From: an uncultured Pseudomonadales bacterium
GTDB lineage: Bacteria > Pseudomonadota > Gammaproteobacteria > Pseudomonadales > Azotimanducaceae
Assembly: GCA_958295875.1 (NCBI GenBank)
Contig: OY282379.1
Coordinates: 2,569,046-2,633,045, forward strand
Reading direction: 5' to 3'
DNA: 64,000 nt
The notes beneath the pieces are model-generated. The model was given only the letters and a program-made list of their open reading frames with translations, had not been told where the DNA came from and searched no databases. The translations under genes were made by a program, and so were the position numbers. Below are positions 41,180 through 52,540 of this stretch, in pieces. The first letter of the stretch is position 1; each line of letters begins with the position of its first letter.

Positions 41180-42616
41180 TCAGCCGGCGGCGGCGTTGTA
41201 CCCCATGATGGCCTTCACCTCGAGGAACTCATCCAAGCCATAGGCGCCCCACTCGCGGCCATTGCCAGACTGCTTGTAGCCGCCGAATGGCGCCGATGGA
41301 TCCACGGGCGCGCCGTTCAGATGGATGTTGCCGGTGCGGATGCGCAGCGCCAAGGCTTTGGCGCGCTCCGGGTCGCCGGAGGAGATGTAGCCAGACAGGC
41401 CGTAGATGGTGTCGTTGGCGATGCGCACGGCGTCCTCGTCGTTCTCATAGCCAATCAGAGACAGCACCGGGCCGAAGATTTCCTCTTGGGCGATGGTCAT
41501 CTCGTTGGTGACGTGCGAGAACACCGTCGGCTTCACGTAGTAGCCGCGATTCAAGCCGTCTGGCCGCCCGACGCCGCCCGTCTCGAGCTTTGCGCCTTCC
41601 TCGATGCCCTTGTCGATGAGGCCTTGGATCTTGTTGTACTGCACCTCCGAGACGACGGGGCCGATGGTGGTGTCCTGGGCGTTTGGATCGCCCACTTTCA
41701 CCTGTTCCGCGGCGGCCTTGGCGATGGCGGCCGCCTCGTCCATGCGCGACTGCGGCACCAGCATCCGCGTCGGCGCGTTGCAGGATTGGCCGGAATTCAT
41801 GCACATGCCGAACACGTCCCGGGAGATGGCCTTGCCGAAGTCTGCATCGTCCAAGATGATGTTCGCAGACTTGCCGCCGAGCTCCTGCGCCACGCGCTTC
41901 ACCGTGGGCGCGGCGTTCTTGGCCACGTCGATGCCGGCGCGGGTGGAGCCGGTGAAGGACATCATGTCGACGTCTGGATGCGCGGCAAGCGCCGCCCCAA
42001 CCGTCGGCCCGTCGCCGTTGACGAGGTTGAACACCCCCGGCGGCACGCCGGCGGCGTCTAGGATTTCCGCGAAGATGATGGCGTTGAAGGGCGCCACTTC
42101 CGAGGGCTTGAGCACCATGGTGCAGCCGGCGGCGAGGGCTGGGGCCACCTTGCAGCAGATCTGGTTGATGGGCCAGTTCCACGGCGTGATGAAGCCGCAC
42201 ACGCCGGCTGGTTCCTTCACCACCCGCGAGGTGCCGATGTCTTCCTCGAACTCGTAGTTGCGCAGGATGTTCAGCGTCGTCATGAAGTGCCCGAGGCCAG
42301 CCGGCGCTTGGGCGCCGTTGGCCAGCGACATCGGTGCGCCCATCTCTGCGCTGATGGTGCCGGCGAGGTCGCCCAAGCGCGCTTGGAAGCACTGGATGAT
42401 CCTCTCGAGCAGCGCAACGCGCTCCTCGCGGCTGGTCTTGGAGAACGTCTCGAACGCGGCCTTGGCGGCGGCGACGGCAGCGTCCACGTCCGCCGCCGAG
42501 CCGAGGGCGATGGCGTCAATCGGCTCTTCGGTGGCGGGATTGATGACGTTCAACGTGTCGTCGGTGGATGGCGCCACCCACTCCCCGTTGATGTAGAACT
42601 GTTGGCGATTGCTCAC
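41180..42616 (-). CDS. NAD(P)-dependent aldehyde dehydrogenase
   Basis: It has FYINGEWV, FTGSTRAG, ELGGKS and NSGQSCNAPTR (catalytic Cys). GTG at 42616 is preceded by GGGAGG 6 nt upstream. Confidence 0.85.
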   Translation of the reverse strand: MSNRQQFYINGEWVAPSTDDTLNVINPATEEPIDAIALGSAADVDAAVAAAKAAFETFSKTSREERVALLERIIQCFQARLGDLAGTISAEMGAPMSLANGAQAPAGLGHFMTTLNILRNYEFEEDIGTSRVVKEPAGVCGFITPWNWPINQICCKVAPALAAGCTMVLKPSEVAPFNAIIFAEILDAAGVPPGVFNLVNGDGPTVGAALAAHPDVDMMSFTGSTRAGIDVAKNAAPTVKRVAQELGGKSANIILDDADFGKAISRDVFGMCMNSGQSCNAPTRMLVPQSRMDEAAAIAKAAAEQVKVGDPNAQDTTIGPVVSEVQYNKIQGLIDKGIEEGAKLETGGVGRPDGLNRGYYVKPTVFSHVTNEMTIAQEEIFGPVLSLIGYENDEDAVRIANDTIYGLSGYISSGDPERAKALALRIRTGNIHLNGAPVDPSAPFGGYKQSGNGREWGAYGLDEFLEVKAIMGYNAAAG

Positions 42617-42914
42617 GGTTGGCCTCCCTGGTCGGCAATTCCGAAGACGATGGTGATGGCCCGGCGCGTTGCCGCGTCCCCCCAAGCCAAGCTGGGTATT
42701 CTCTACGCAACGACGCTCGGATGCCACCACTCGCGGCAATCGTGGCCCTTGCCGGTGACGCGCTTGCGGGTGCGAAGAACGCCCCACGGTCCAAAGTGCC
42801 CCGGCTGGCCGCAAGATGGCTGCCGGCACGGTCGCCGGCGTCAGCGCAAAGCCGCTCCCCCTCAGCGCAGCGCCGTCAGCCCGCTTCGCTTCGCGTCAGC
42901 CCCATCGCTTGGCG

Positions 42915-44084
42915 TCAGCCAGCCAAGGATGCGTACACCGCCTCGCCCAAGCCGAAGCCGCGTGCGTCGCCGAGAACGCCGTCGCCCATCTTGTTCATCA
43001 CATACGAGAAGCAGACGCGGGCGTCGAAGTCCACGACGATGGACGAGCCGCCGTAGCCGCCCCAATAGCAGATGTTCGGGTTTGGCCCCATCGGCAACTC
43101 GTCGCTGGTGAGGCCGTAGCCGAGGCCGAAGCGCAGCGGCACTTCGATCACCAAGTCCTTGCCGTTGGTCTGCTCCTGCATCACCGCGGTGCATCCTGCG
43201 GAGGACATCAGCGTCTTGCCGAACGCCGTGCCGTGATTGGCCAACAGCGTTTGCGCGCGCACCACGGAGCGGGCGTTGCCGTGGCCATTTGCCGCCGGGA
43301 TCTCGGCTTGGCGCCACGCTGCGGTCTTGGTGTCGCCAACCTCGACCGGCGGGTTGCCAATGGTGCGGGCGGGAATGGAACCGGGCGTCGTGTCGAGGGC
43401 GATGTTGCCCGAGGGCGGCACCAACTCCGCGATGCGGTCGAAGTGTTTGGGATCCACGCCGATGTGGAAGTCCGCGCCGAGGGGCTCGGCGATTTCTTGG
43501 TGGAAGAACGTGCCCAAGGAGACGCCGCTGATGCGTCGAACAACCTCGCCGATGAGATACCCCTGCGTGAATGCGTGGTAGCCGCTGGCCGTGCCGGGCG
43601 CCCACCACGGCGCCTGCGCCGCGAGCAGCGCGGTGGCTTTCTCCCAGTCGCAAATGTCCAGCATGGAAACGGGCTGCTCCCAGCCGGGGAGCCCGGCGCT
43701 GTGGCTCATCAGGTGCCGCACGGCCACGGCTTCTTTGCCGTTTTGCGCGAACTCCGGCCAGTACTTGGCCACCGGCGCGTCGAAGTCCAGCTCGCCGCGG
43801 TCCGCGAGGAGCAGCGCCGCCAAGGCTGTCATCGTCTTGGTGGTGGAATAGACGTTGACGATGGTGTCTTCCTGCCACGGCTCGCTCATTGCGGCGTCTC
43901 GGCAGCCGGCCCAAAGGTCAACCACGAACTCGCCTTCCACGGTCACGGCGAAGCAGGCGCCGATGTCTCCATGTTCGGTGAAGTTGCGCTCGAAGCACTC
44001 CCGCACCGGGCCGAAGCGCTCGTCGCACAGGCCATGAATTTCCAAGATAATCACTCCGTCGGCGTCGTCGCGGCAACATATCAC
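42915..44084 (-). CDS. Serine hydrolase, class C beta-lactamase / esterase family
   Basis: It has an SxxK motif (YSTTKTMTALAALLLADRG) and the SHSAGL region. Confidence 0.8.
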   Translation of the reverse strand: MICCRDDADGVIILEIHGLCDERFGPVRECFERNFTEHGDIGACFAVTVEGEFVVDLWAGCRDAAMSEPWQEDTIVNVYSTTKTMTALAALLLADRGELDFDAPVAKYWPEFAQNGKEAVAVRHLMSHSAGLPGWEQPVSMLDICDWEKATALLAAQAPWWAPGTASGYHAFTQGYLIGEVVRRISGVSLGTFFHQEIAEPLGADFHIGVDPKHFDRIAELVPPSGNIALDTTPGSIPARTIGNPPVEVGDTKTAAWRQAEIPAANGHGNARSVVRAQTLLANHGTAFGKTLMSSAGCTAVMQEQTNGKDLVIEVPLRFGLGYGLTSDELPMGPNPNICYWGGYGGSSIVVDFDARVCFSYVMNKMGDGVLGDARGFGLGEAVYASLAG

Positions 44085-44101
44085 AGGCTTAAGGGGCAGA
44101 C

Positions 44102-45097
44102 ATGGCGAACGTGCATCGCGTCATCGGTTCGGAGGAATCTCCCTATTCGGTGAAGGTGAGGGCGTACTTCCGGTACAAGGGCATCGAGCATGAGTGGTTG
44201 GGCCGCGCGCAGGCGGGCAGCCTCTTCGAGCGCCACGCGCGGTTGCCGTTGGTGCCCTTGGTGGTGACGCCAGACGATCGCGGCATGCAGGATTCCACCC
44301 CCATCATCGAGGCGTTGGAGCCGCTTTTCCCGACGCCTTCCATCCATCCGGACGAGCCGCTGGCGGCCTTCGTGTCGGCGCTTCTCGAAGAGTTTGGCGA
44401 CGAGTGGGGCAACAAGTGGATGTTCCACTTCCGCTGGGCGCGGCCCGTGGATCAAATCGGCTGCGCGAAGCGGTTGGTGGGCGCCAACCGGCCGGATTTG
44501 GCCGGCGAAGCCTTGGAGGAAGCCGCCGCGACGCTGCGCGAGCGCATGGTCAACCGCGTCTGGTTCGTCGGCTCGAATGCCGCCACCGCGCCGCAGATCG
44601 AACAGTCCTACACGGACGCGCTGGCGCGTTTGGACGCCCATTTGGCGCACCGGCCCTACCTCTTTGGCGGCCGCCCGGCGTTCGCGGATTTCGGCCTGTG
44701 GGGGCAGCTTTACAACTGTCGGCGGGACGCAACGCCGCGTGCCTTGATGGAATCCGGCGCCCCGAACGTCGTCGCGTGGGTGGAGCGCATGCTGCAGCCA
44801 ACGAACGAAGGGGCGTTTGAGCCGTGGCCGGCGCTGGCGGAGACGCTGAAGCCCCTGCTCGCGGAGCAGGTGGGTGCGCTGTTCTTGCCGTGGAGCTTGG
44901 CCAACGCTCAGGCCATCGGCGGCGGCGATGAAGAGTTCACCGTCGCCTTGCGTGGCCAAGCGTGGACGCAGAAACCGCAGAAGTACCACGCCCGTTCTCT
45001 CCAGGCGCTGCAGGCTAGATACGCCGCGGCACAAGGCGTTCCCGGGCTGGACGAGCTATTGGCCGAGGTAGGGTGTCTGGAAGGGTTGCGTGGCTGA
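44102..45097 (+). CDS. GST-like protein (thioredoxin-like N-terminal domain)
   Basis: SPYSVKVRAYFRYKGIEHEW and PLVVTPDDRGMQDSTPIIEAL resemble GST N-terminal/glutaredoxin-like folds. Confidence 0.7.
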   Translation: MANVHRVIGSEESPYSVKVRAYFRYKGIEHEWLGRAQAGSLFERHARLPLVPLVVTPDDRGMQDSTPIIEALEPLFPTPSIHPDEPLAAFVSALLEEFGDEWGNKWMFHFRWARPVDQIGCAKRLVGANRPDLAGEALEEAAATLRERMVNRVWFVGSNAATAPQIEQSYTDALARLDAHLAHRPYLFGGRPAFADFGLWGQLYNCRRDATPRALMESGAPNVVAWVERMLQPTNEGAFEPWPALAETLKPLLAEQVGALFLPWSLANAQAIGGGDEEFTVALRGQAWTQKPQKYHARSLQALQARYAAAQGVPGLDELLAEVGCLEGLRG

Positions 45098-45212
45098 GGC
45101 GCAGAGCGCGCGCCAGTTCGAGCGCGGCTTCCCCGGCTGAACCGCCCACGGAGGTCATCGCCGAATTGCGAAGATGCCGCACGCCGGCTTGGGCTCGCCC
45201 GGCCGCTTGGCT

Positions 45213-45860
45213 TTAGCTTGGCGCGTTCACCGCGAGCTTCGCCTTCGCCCGTTCGATGAACTGCGCCATCGTCGCTGAATCCTGCGCTCCCGGCAGCATG
45301 AATCCGCCGCCGAGCAGGAAGCACGGCACGCCGGCCACGCCGCGCGCCAAGGCGCCTTGCATCTGCTCGCGCACGGCCGCCTCGCCACCGTCGCTGCGCA
45401 GCCAAGCGCCGGCAGCGGCAGCGTCCATGCCGGCTTCTTCGGCGGCTTCGCACAGCGTTTCCGTGTCGCCGACGTCTCTTCCGGCGCAAAAGTGGAAGCG
45501 AAACAGCGTCTCTGCCAAGGCGTGTTGGTTGCCTTCGGTTTGCGCGTAGTGGAGCAGGCGATGCGCGGCGAGGGTGTTGGGCATCCGGCGCATGGCGTCG
45601 AAGTTGAAGTGGATGCCGGCGTCCAAGCCCTCGGCGACGATGCGTCGCGGCGCGCGGGCGCGCTCTGCGGCTTCGCCGTACCGGTGCGCCAGATAGTCCT
45701 CGCGGTCCAGCCCCGCCGGCGGCAGGTTGGGATGCAACTGATAGGGCCGCCACACCACCTCGACGCCGTTGCCGGCTGGCGTCTGCAGCGCGGCGTCCAG
45801 CCGCCGCTTGCCGATGAAGCACCACGGGCAGGCGATGTCCGAATAGATTTCAATGCGCAT
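45213..45860 (-). CDS. DsbA-family oxidoreductase (FrnE / HCCA isomerase-like)
   Basis: It has MRIEIYSDIACPWCFIGKRRLD (CPWC motif) and GVAGVPCFLLGG. Confidence 0.85.
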   Translation of the reverse strand: MRIEIYSDIACPWCFIGKRRLDAALQTPAGNGVEVVWRPYQLHPNLPPAGLDREDYLAHRYGEAAERARAPRRIVAEGLDAGIHFNFDAMRRMPNTLAAHRLLHYAQTEGNQHALAETLFRFHFCAGRDVGDTETLCEAAEEAGMDAAAAGAWLRSDGGEAAVREQMQGALARGVAGVPCFLLGGGFMLPGAQDSATMAQFIERAKAKLAVNAPS

Positions 45861-45965
45861 GGTGGAACATCATAGCGCGGTGGGGCGGCTGAAGAGTTGC
45901 CGGCTGAAGAGGCGCGGCCCTGAGAGCGGCCCGAAACAAAACGCATAGAGAGACAAGGAGCCAAC

Positions 45966-46742
45966 ATGACCATCCAACTTCGCCAAATCTGCTTGGTCGC
46001 CCGGCGGCTGCAGCCCGTCATCGACGACTTGTGCGCCGTGTTCGGCATCAAACCCTGCTTCGTGGATCCCGGCGTGGGCGTGTTCGGGCTGGAGAACACG
46101 CTGATGCCGGTGGGGCGCAACTTCTTGGAGGTGGTGGCGCCGGTGCAGGAGCACACCGCCGGCGGCCGCTACCTAGACCGTCGGGGCGGCGATGGCGGCT
46201 ACATGGTGATCTGCCAAGCCAGCAGCAAGGACGCGCAACAAGCCGTGCGCCAGCGCGGGCTGGACGCCGGGGTGCGCGTCGCCCACGAGTCCGACCGCGA
46301 GACGTGGAACATCTGCCAACTCCACCCGCGCGACATGGTCGCTGCGTTCCTCGAAATCGATTGGGACGTGAACAACGACTTCAACGGCAACTGGCATCCT
46401 GCCGGTGGCACGGGCTGGGAAGGCGCCGTGACCCAAGCCGTCACGCAGGATTACCGCGGCGTGGAACTGCAAGGGGAAGACCCGGTGGGCATGGCAGAAC
46501 TCTGGGGCCGCGTCACCGGGCTGCCGGTCGAACGCGATGGCGCGGCGCTCAACATCGCCCTCAACAACGTGACGTTGCGCTTCGTGGAGGCAACCGATGG
46601 ACGCGGCCCGGGTTTGGGCGGCATCGATTTGGCGGTGCGCGATCGCACCCACATCCTTGAAGCGGCGCGGGCGCGGGGTGGCTACGTCTCCGATGATCGC
46701 GTGGACGTCTGCGGCACGCGCTGGTATCTGCAGGACGCCTGA
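45966..46742 (+). CDS. VOC/glyoxalase-like domain protein
   Basis: LRQICLVARRLQPVIDDLCAVFG...NFLEVVAPV fits a glyoxalase-like domain. Codon bias is good. Confidence 0.6.
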   Translation: MTIQLRQICLVARRLQPVIDDLCAVFGIKPCFVDPGVGVFGLENTLMPVGRNFLEVVAPVQEHTAGGRYLDRRGGDGGYMVICQASSKDAQQAVRQRGLDAGVRVAHESDRETWNICQLHPRDMVAAFLEIDWDVNNDFNGNWHPAGGTGWEGAVTQAVTQDYRGVELQGEDPVGMAELWGRVTGLPVERDGAALNIALNNVTLRFVEATDGRGPGLGGIDLAVRDRTHILEAARARGGYVSDDRVDVCGTRWYLQDA

Positions 46743-46828
46743 TCGCGCTGTCGCCCGCGGGCGGTGCGGGCCGGTCGGGCTGCCTTGGGCTAGGCCGAGC
46801 CGGCCTGCTGAGGAGAGTTGCCGCGGCC

Positions 46829-48622
<1,794 letters not shown>

Positions 48623-48739
48623 TTGGAGCTTTACCGGGCGGTCGCTAGGGGCTGCCAGCGTGTAGTGGCGCGAGAATATTGGGGCCATGCTGGCGGCACT
48701 CTAAGCAGCCAGCATCGGCGCGCGGCGGTGAAGGGTGCG

Positions 48740-49162
48740 CTATCCGGTGGGCAGGCGCACTTTGGCGGTGCCGAAGACGCGGGTTTCCTGCGCGGCGTTC
48801 GTGATGGTGATGTCGATCTCCGCGGTGCCGGTGTCTTCGTCCACGTCTGTCACCACGCCCACGACCGAGTGCGGTTGATCGACGAGCACGGGTGCCCGAA
48901 ACACCGTATCGATTTCCACGATCTCTGCCGCCGGCGCCCAGCGGTGGATCATCGCGCCCAAGTAGCCTTGGCTCATCACGCCCGGCACCAAGGCGGCGGG
49001 GAAGCCCTCCTTGCGCGCCGCCTCGTGGTCGGTGAAGCGGGGGCTGTCCCAGCCGACGTGCTTGCCGAAGCGCTTCACGTTGTCGAGGCCGGTGTCTGGC
49101 TGGAACGCCGGCAGCTCGGCGCCGAACTCGACGTCGGCGATGGTCTTCACAAGGTCACTCAC
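48740..49162 (-). CDS. MaoC-like (R)-hydratase hotdog-fold protein
   Basis: It has FTDHEAARKEGFPAALVPGVMSQGYLG. GTG at 49162 is preceded by GGGAG and overlaps the upstream stop by 8 nt. Confidence 0.7.
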   Translation of the reverse strand: MSDLVKTIADVEFGAELPAFQPDTGLDNVKRFGKHVGWDSPRFTDHEAARKEGFPAALVPGVMSQGYLGAMIHRWAPAAEIVEIDTVFRAPVLVDQPHSVVGVVTDVDEDTGTAEIDITITNAAQETRVFGTAKVRLPTG

Positions 49163-49601
49163 TGGGCCGCTCCCGGATGACTGTGCGCGTGTCGGCGTTG
49201 GCGACGTGGGTGCCATGCTCGTCGTAGAGCTCCATGCGGGCGACCAAGAAGATCATCCGCCCCGAGCGCCCCGTCTTGACGTAGATGTCGTGCAGGTGGG
49301 ATTTGCCCGTGAGCGTGGCACCGTCGCGGATCGGCGCCATCCACTGCACGCCCTTGCCGGCATCCATGCCGACGCCGGACAGTTGCGGAAAGCCGTCTGG
49401 CCGCGAGCGCCCGCCGATGAGGGTGGACACATAGGTCGGCGGCGCCTGGAAATCCGGATGCGCCGCATCCGTGAAGCGCGGGTCCTGCTCGCCGCAGGCG
49501 CGGGCATACTCCGAGAAGCGCCCGCCGTCGATGGCGAAGGTGATCTCATCGAACTCGCGGCCCAAGTACTCCTCGCGCAAGGCCAAGATGTCGTCGTCCA
49601 A
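49155..49601 (-). CDS. MaoC N-terminal-like hotdog-fold protein (partner subunit)
   Basis: It has FAIDGGRFSEYARACGEQDPRFTD...GRMIFLVARMELYDEHG. A tentative TTG start at 49601 follows GGGGAG. The rest of the 470-aa ORF is not credible. Confidence 0.55.
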   Translation of the reverse strand: MDDDILALREEYLGREFDEITFAIDGGRFSEYARACGEQDPRFTDAAHPDFQAPPTYVSTLIGGRSRPDGFPQLSGVGMDAGKGVQWMAPIRDGATLTGKSHLHDIYVKTGRSGRMIFLVARMELYDEHGTHVANADTRTVIRERPSE

Positions 49602-49706
49602 GCTGCTCCCCGGTTGAAGGTTGCCGTCGCAAACGGCTATGTTGGCCTTGAACGCCCGCTTGTTCAATACTAAAGGTCTTGCGAAGTCCTCGGAGGAACG
49701 CAGCAC

Positions 49707-50612
49707 ATGGCCGAACTCAGCGTCGAACACACGCCGGCGACGCTCGGCGCCGTCGTCACCGGCGCGCGCCTGCCGGACCTCACGGAGGCGCAATGGCGGC
49801 GCGTGGAGACGGCCTTCAACAACCGCGCCGTGCTCATCTTTCCGGGCCAGTGGCTGAGCGTGGCCGAGCAGATGGATTTCGGGCGGCGCTTCGGCGAGTT
49901 GTCCATCGCCGCGCAGCCCCTCGGCAACGAGCGCGAAGACGGCGCCTTGCGCGAACCGGATGATCCGGTGATGCGGCTGTTGCGCGGCAATGAGGATTGG
50001 CATACGGACAGCTCGTTTCGGCGGCTCTCTGCGAAGGCGTCCATCCTCTCCGCCAGCAAAGTGCCAGAGCGCGGCGGCGAGACGGAGTGGGCGGACATGG
50101 CCGCCGCGTACGATGCGCTCTCGCCGGCGCTGCGCTCCCGCATCGACGGCTTGTGCGCCTATCACTCGCTGCGGCAGTCGCAGGCGCGCGTGGGGCAGGC
50201 CGCCCAAGACGTGATAGACGCCCTCGTCCAGCTCAGGGCCGCGGCGCCAGGTGGCACCGACACAGCCAATGGCGACCCCGGCCCGGACGGCCAAGGCGAC
50301 GGCAAGCCGCCGCTGCGGCCGCTGGTGAAGACGCATCCCGTCACCGGGCGGCGCGCCCTGTTCGTTGGTCGCCACGCCTGTGGCATCCCCGGCCTTGCCG
50401 CGGAAGAGTCCGCCGGGCTGCTGGCCGACCTCATGGACTTCGCGTGCCGCCCGCCGCGGGTCCTCGCGCACCGTTGGCAACCCGGCGACACTGTGATCTG
50501 GGACAACCGCCGGGTGCTGCATCGCAGCCGCCCGTGGCCCCCTGCGGAGCGCCGCGTGATGTGCCACACCCGCGTCGATGGCGACGCGGCCACAGAATTG
50601 GCAGCGGCATGA
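49707..50612 (+). CDS. TauD/TfdA-family Fe(II)/2-oxoglutarate dioxygenase
   Basis: It has GAVVTGARL, WHTDSSF (HxD), ETEWADM and VIWDNRRVLHR. Confidence 0.8.
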   Translation: MAELSVEHTPATLGAVVTGARLPDLTEAQWRRVETAFNNRAVLIFPGQWLSVAEQMDFGRRFGELSIAAQPLGNEREDGALREPDDPVMRLLRGNEDWHTDSSFRRLSAKASILSASKVPERGGETEWADMAAAYDALSPALRSRIDGLCAYHSLRQSQARVGQAAQDVIDALVQLRAAAPGGTDTANGDPGPDGQGDGKPPLRPLVKTHPVTGRRALFVGRHACGIPGLAAEESAGLLADLMDFACRPPRVLAHRWQPGDTVIWDNRRVLHRSRPWPPAERRVMCHTRVDGDAATELAAA

Positions 50613-51772
50613 GCTTCCGCACTGAAACCCGCGCTTGGCTGGAAGCGAACTGCCCGGAAGGCTGCCGCGGCCCCGGCGAGGCGCCCGGTGGCGGCACCAA
50701 GGCGCCGATGACGGCAGATCAGCGCTTATGGCTCGAACGCGCGGCGGAACGCGGCTTCACGGTGCCGGCATGGCCAGCGGAGTACGGCGGCGCTGGCCTC
50801 GAACGCGAGGAGCACCTCATCTTGCTGGAAGAGATGCGCCGCATCCAAGCGCCAGCACCGGTGGCCGGCATGGGCACTGCGATGATTGGGCCGACCCTGT
50901 TGGAGTTCGGCACCGCAGAGCAGAAGGCGCGGCATCTGCCGAAGATCGCGCGTGGCGAGGTGTGGTGGTGCCAAGGCTATTCGGAGCCGAGCGCCGGTTC
51001 CGACCTTGCCAGCCTGCGCACCCGCGCCACCGACAAGGGCGACCATTTCGTCATCGACGGCCAGAAGATCTGGACGACCGGCGCGCAATTCGCGGATTGG
51101 ATCTTCTGTCTGGTGCGCACGGATGCGGAAGCGCCGAAGCATCAAGGCATCAGCTTCGTGCTCTTCTCCATGCACCAAAGCGGCGTCACGGTGAAGCCCA
51201 TCCGCCTCATCTCCGGGGCATCGCCCTTCTGCGAGACGTTCCTGGACGGCGCCGTTGCCCGCAAGGATGACCTGATCGGCGGCTTGAACAAGGGCTGGAC
51301 GGTCGCGAAGCGCCTGCTGCAGCACGAACGTTCCGGCATCGGCGCGCTGATCGCCGGCGGCAACCGCGAGGTGGGGCCAGACCCGACGGAACTGGCGAAG
51401 GCGCATGTGGGCGAACGCGAAGGCCGCATCAGTGACCCGTGGTTGCGCGACGACGTGGCCCGCCAGCGTATGGATACCCATGCCTTCCGGCTGACGCAGC
51501 GCCGCGTCGCGGAGGAATCCGCAGCCGGCACGCCCGGCGCCGCCACCTCGATCTTCAAGTACTACGGCGCCAGCCTCGCCAAGCGGCGCAGCGAACTGCA
51601 GGTGTCGATCTTGGGGACGCGGGGGGTGGCCGGCGAGGACGCATGGGTTGATGCCGGCACCGCGGACATGACCCGCGCGTGGCTCGCCGGCAAGGCGCGC
51701 TCCATCGCCGGTGGCAGCAACGAAGTGCAGCTCAACATCATCGCGAAGCGCGTGCTCGGCTTGCCAGACTGA
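50609..51772 (+). CDS. Acyl-CoA dehydrogenase family protein
   Basis: It has WCQGYSEPSAGSDLASLRT, GQKIWTTGA and a C-terminal IAGGSNEVQLNIIAKRVLGLP. ATG at 50609 forms an ATGA overlap with the upstream stop. Confidence 0.85.
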   Translation: MSFRTETRAWLEANCPEGCRGPGEAPGGGTKAPMTADQRLWLERAAERGFTVPAWPAEYGGAGLEREEHLILLEEMRRIQAPAPVAGMGTAMIGPTLLEFGTAEQKARHLPKIARGEVWWCQGYSEPSAGSDLASLRTRATDKGDHFVIDGQKIWTTGAQFADWIFCLVRTDAEAPKHQGISFVLFSMHQSGVTVKPIRLISGASPFCETFLDGAVARKDDLIGGLNKGWTVAKRLLQHERSGIGALIAGGNREVGPDPTELAKAHVGEREGRISDPWLRDDVARQRMDTHAFRLTQRRVAEESAAGTPGAATSIFKYYGASLAKRRSELQVSILGTRGVAGEDAWVDAGTADMTRAWLAGKARSIAGGSNEVQLNIIAKRVLGLPD

Positions 51773-51904
51773 CGCCGTGACCGGCATGACCCAGCCCCAC
51801 CCGCCGTCGTTCGGCAACGCCGGCGCTCGGCACGGCTTGGCCGCGGCGCGCCGGCGAGTTGGGGCTGTGCCCTTGGGCCGCAGCCCCCGCTAGCGGCGCG
51901 ATCG

Positions 51905-52525
51905 GTGGAGGCCGCAAGCGCCGTCTGGCACGGCTGGCTCGTCGCCGACGAGTGGGTGGGCTTGGCCCTCGGCACGCTCGCGGTGTGGTTCCTCGTGCGC
52001 GAAAACGCCCTCGCTTGGCCGGTGGGCGTGGTGTATGTGCTGGTCTCTATCACCGTGCTGTGGGAGGCGCGCCTCTACGCCAACCTGCTGCTGCATCTCG
52101 TCGGCTTCCTCACCCTCAACCTCTATGGCTGGTACTACTGGCTGTTCGGTGGCGATGCCCGCGACGAGCTGCCGGTGACGCGGGCCAGCCCGCGCACGCT
52201 GGCGGCAGTCATGGCGCTGTGCGCGGTCGGCGCGGCCGGCCTCGGCGCATGGTTCCACACGCAAACGGACGCCGCGTTCCCACTGTGGGACAGCGCGATA
52301 CTGGCCCTCAGCTTGGCGGCCTTCTGGCTGACGGCGCGCAAGAAGATCGAGAACTGGATCATCTGGTTCGTGGTGAACGTGATTTCCGTGGCCGTGTACT
52401 TCGCGCAGGAGTTGGCGCTGTACGCAGTGCTCTACGTCATCTACTTGGGCCTCGCGGTGATGGGATACCGGGAGTGGTCGCGTTCCATGGCGCAGAGCGC
52501 GGTGGCGGCAACCGCCGCGCGTTGA
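51905..52525 (+). CDS. pnuC: Nicotinamide riboside transporter PnuC
   Basis: It has LVRENALAWPVGVV, NLYGWYYW, ARKKIENWIIW and VNVISVAVYF. It uses a GTG start. Confidence 0.8.
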   Translation: MEAASAVWHGWLVADEWVGLALGTLAVWFLVRENALAWPVGVVYVLVSITVLWEARLYANLLLHLVGFLTLNLYGWYYWLFGGDARDELPVTRASPRTLAAVMALCAVGAAGLGAWFHTQTDAAFPLWDSAILALSLAAFWLTARKKIENWIIWFVVNVISVAVYFAQELALYAVLYVIYLGLAVMGYREWSRSMAQSAVAATAAR

Positions 52526-52540
52526 GAAAGGTGCGCCCCT

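Noticed and set aside
49155-50567. A 470-aa minus-strand ORF, and a 591-aa plus-strand ORF (49997..51772).
   Set aside because: Only the 3-prime about 148 codons of the first (hotdog fold) look like real protein. For the second, only the part from ATG 50609 (acyl-CoA dehydrogenase) does. The remainder of each overlaps the TauD-family gene in another frame.
51773-51904. A possible riboswitch or attenuator upstream of pnuC. It includes a GGGGCTG-13nt-CAGCCCC hairpin.
   Set aside because: I could not recognise any conserved NAD-related riboswitch core by eye. The hairpin lacks a U-tract and is equally compatible with a chance GC-rich stem.
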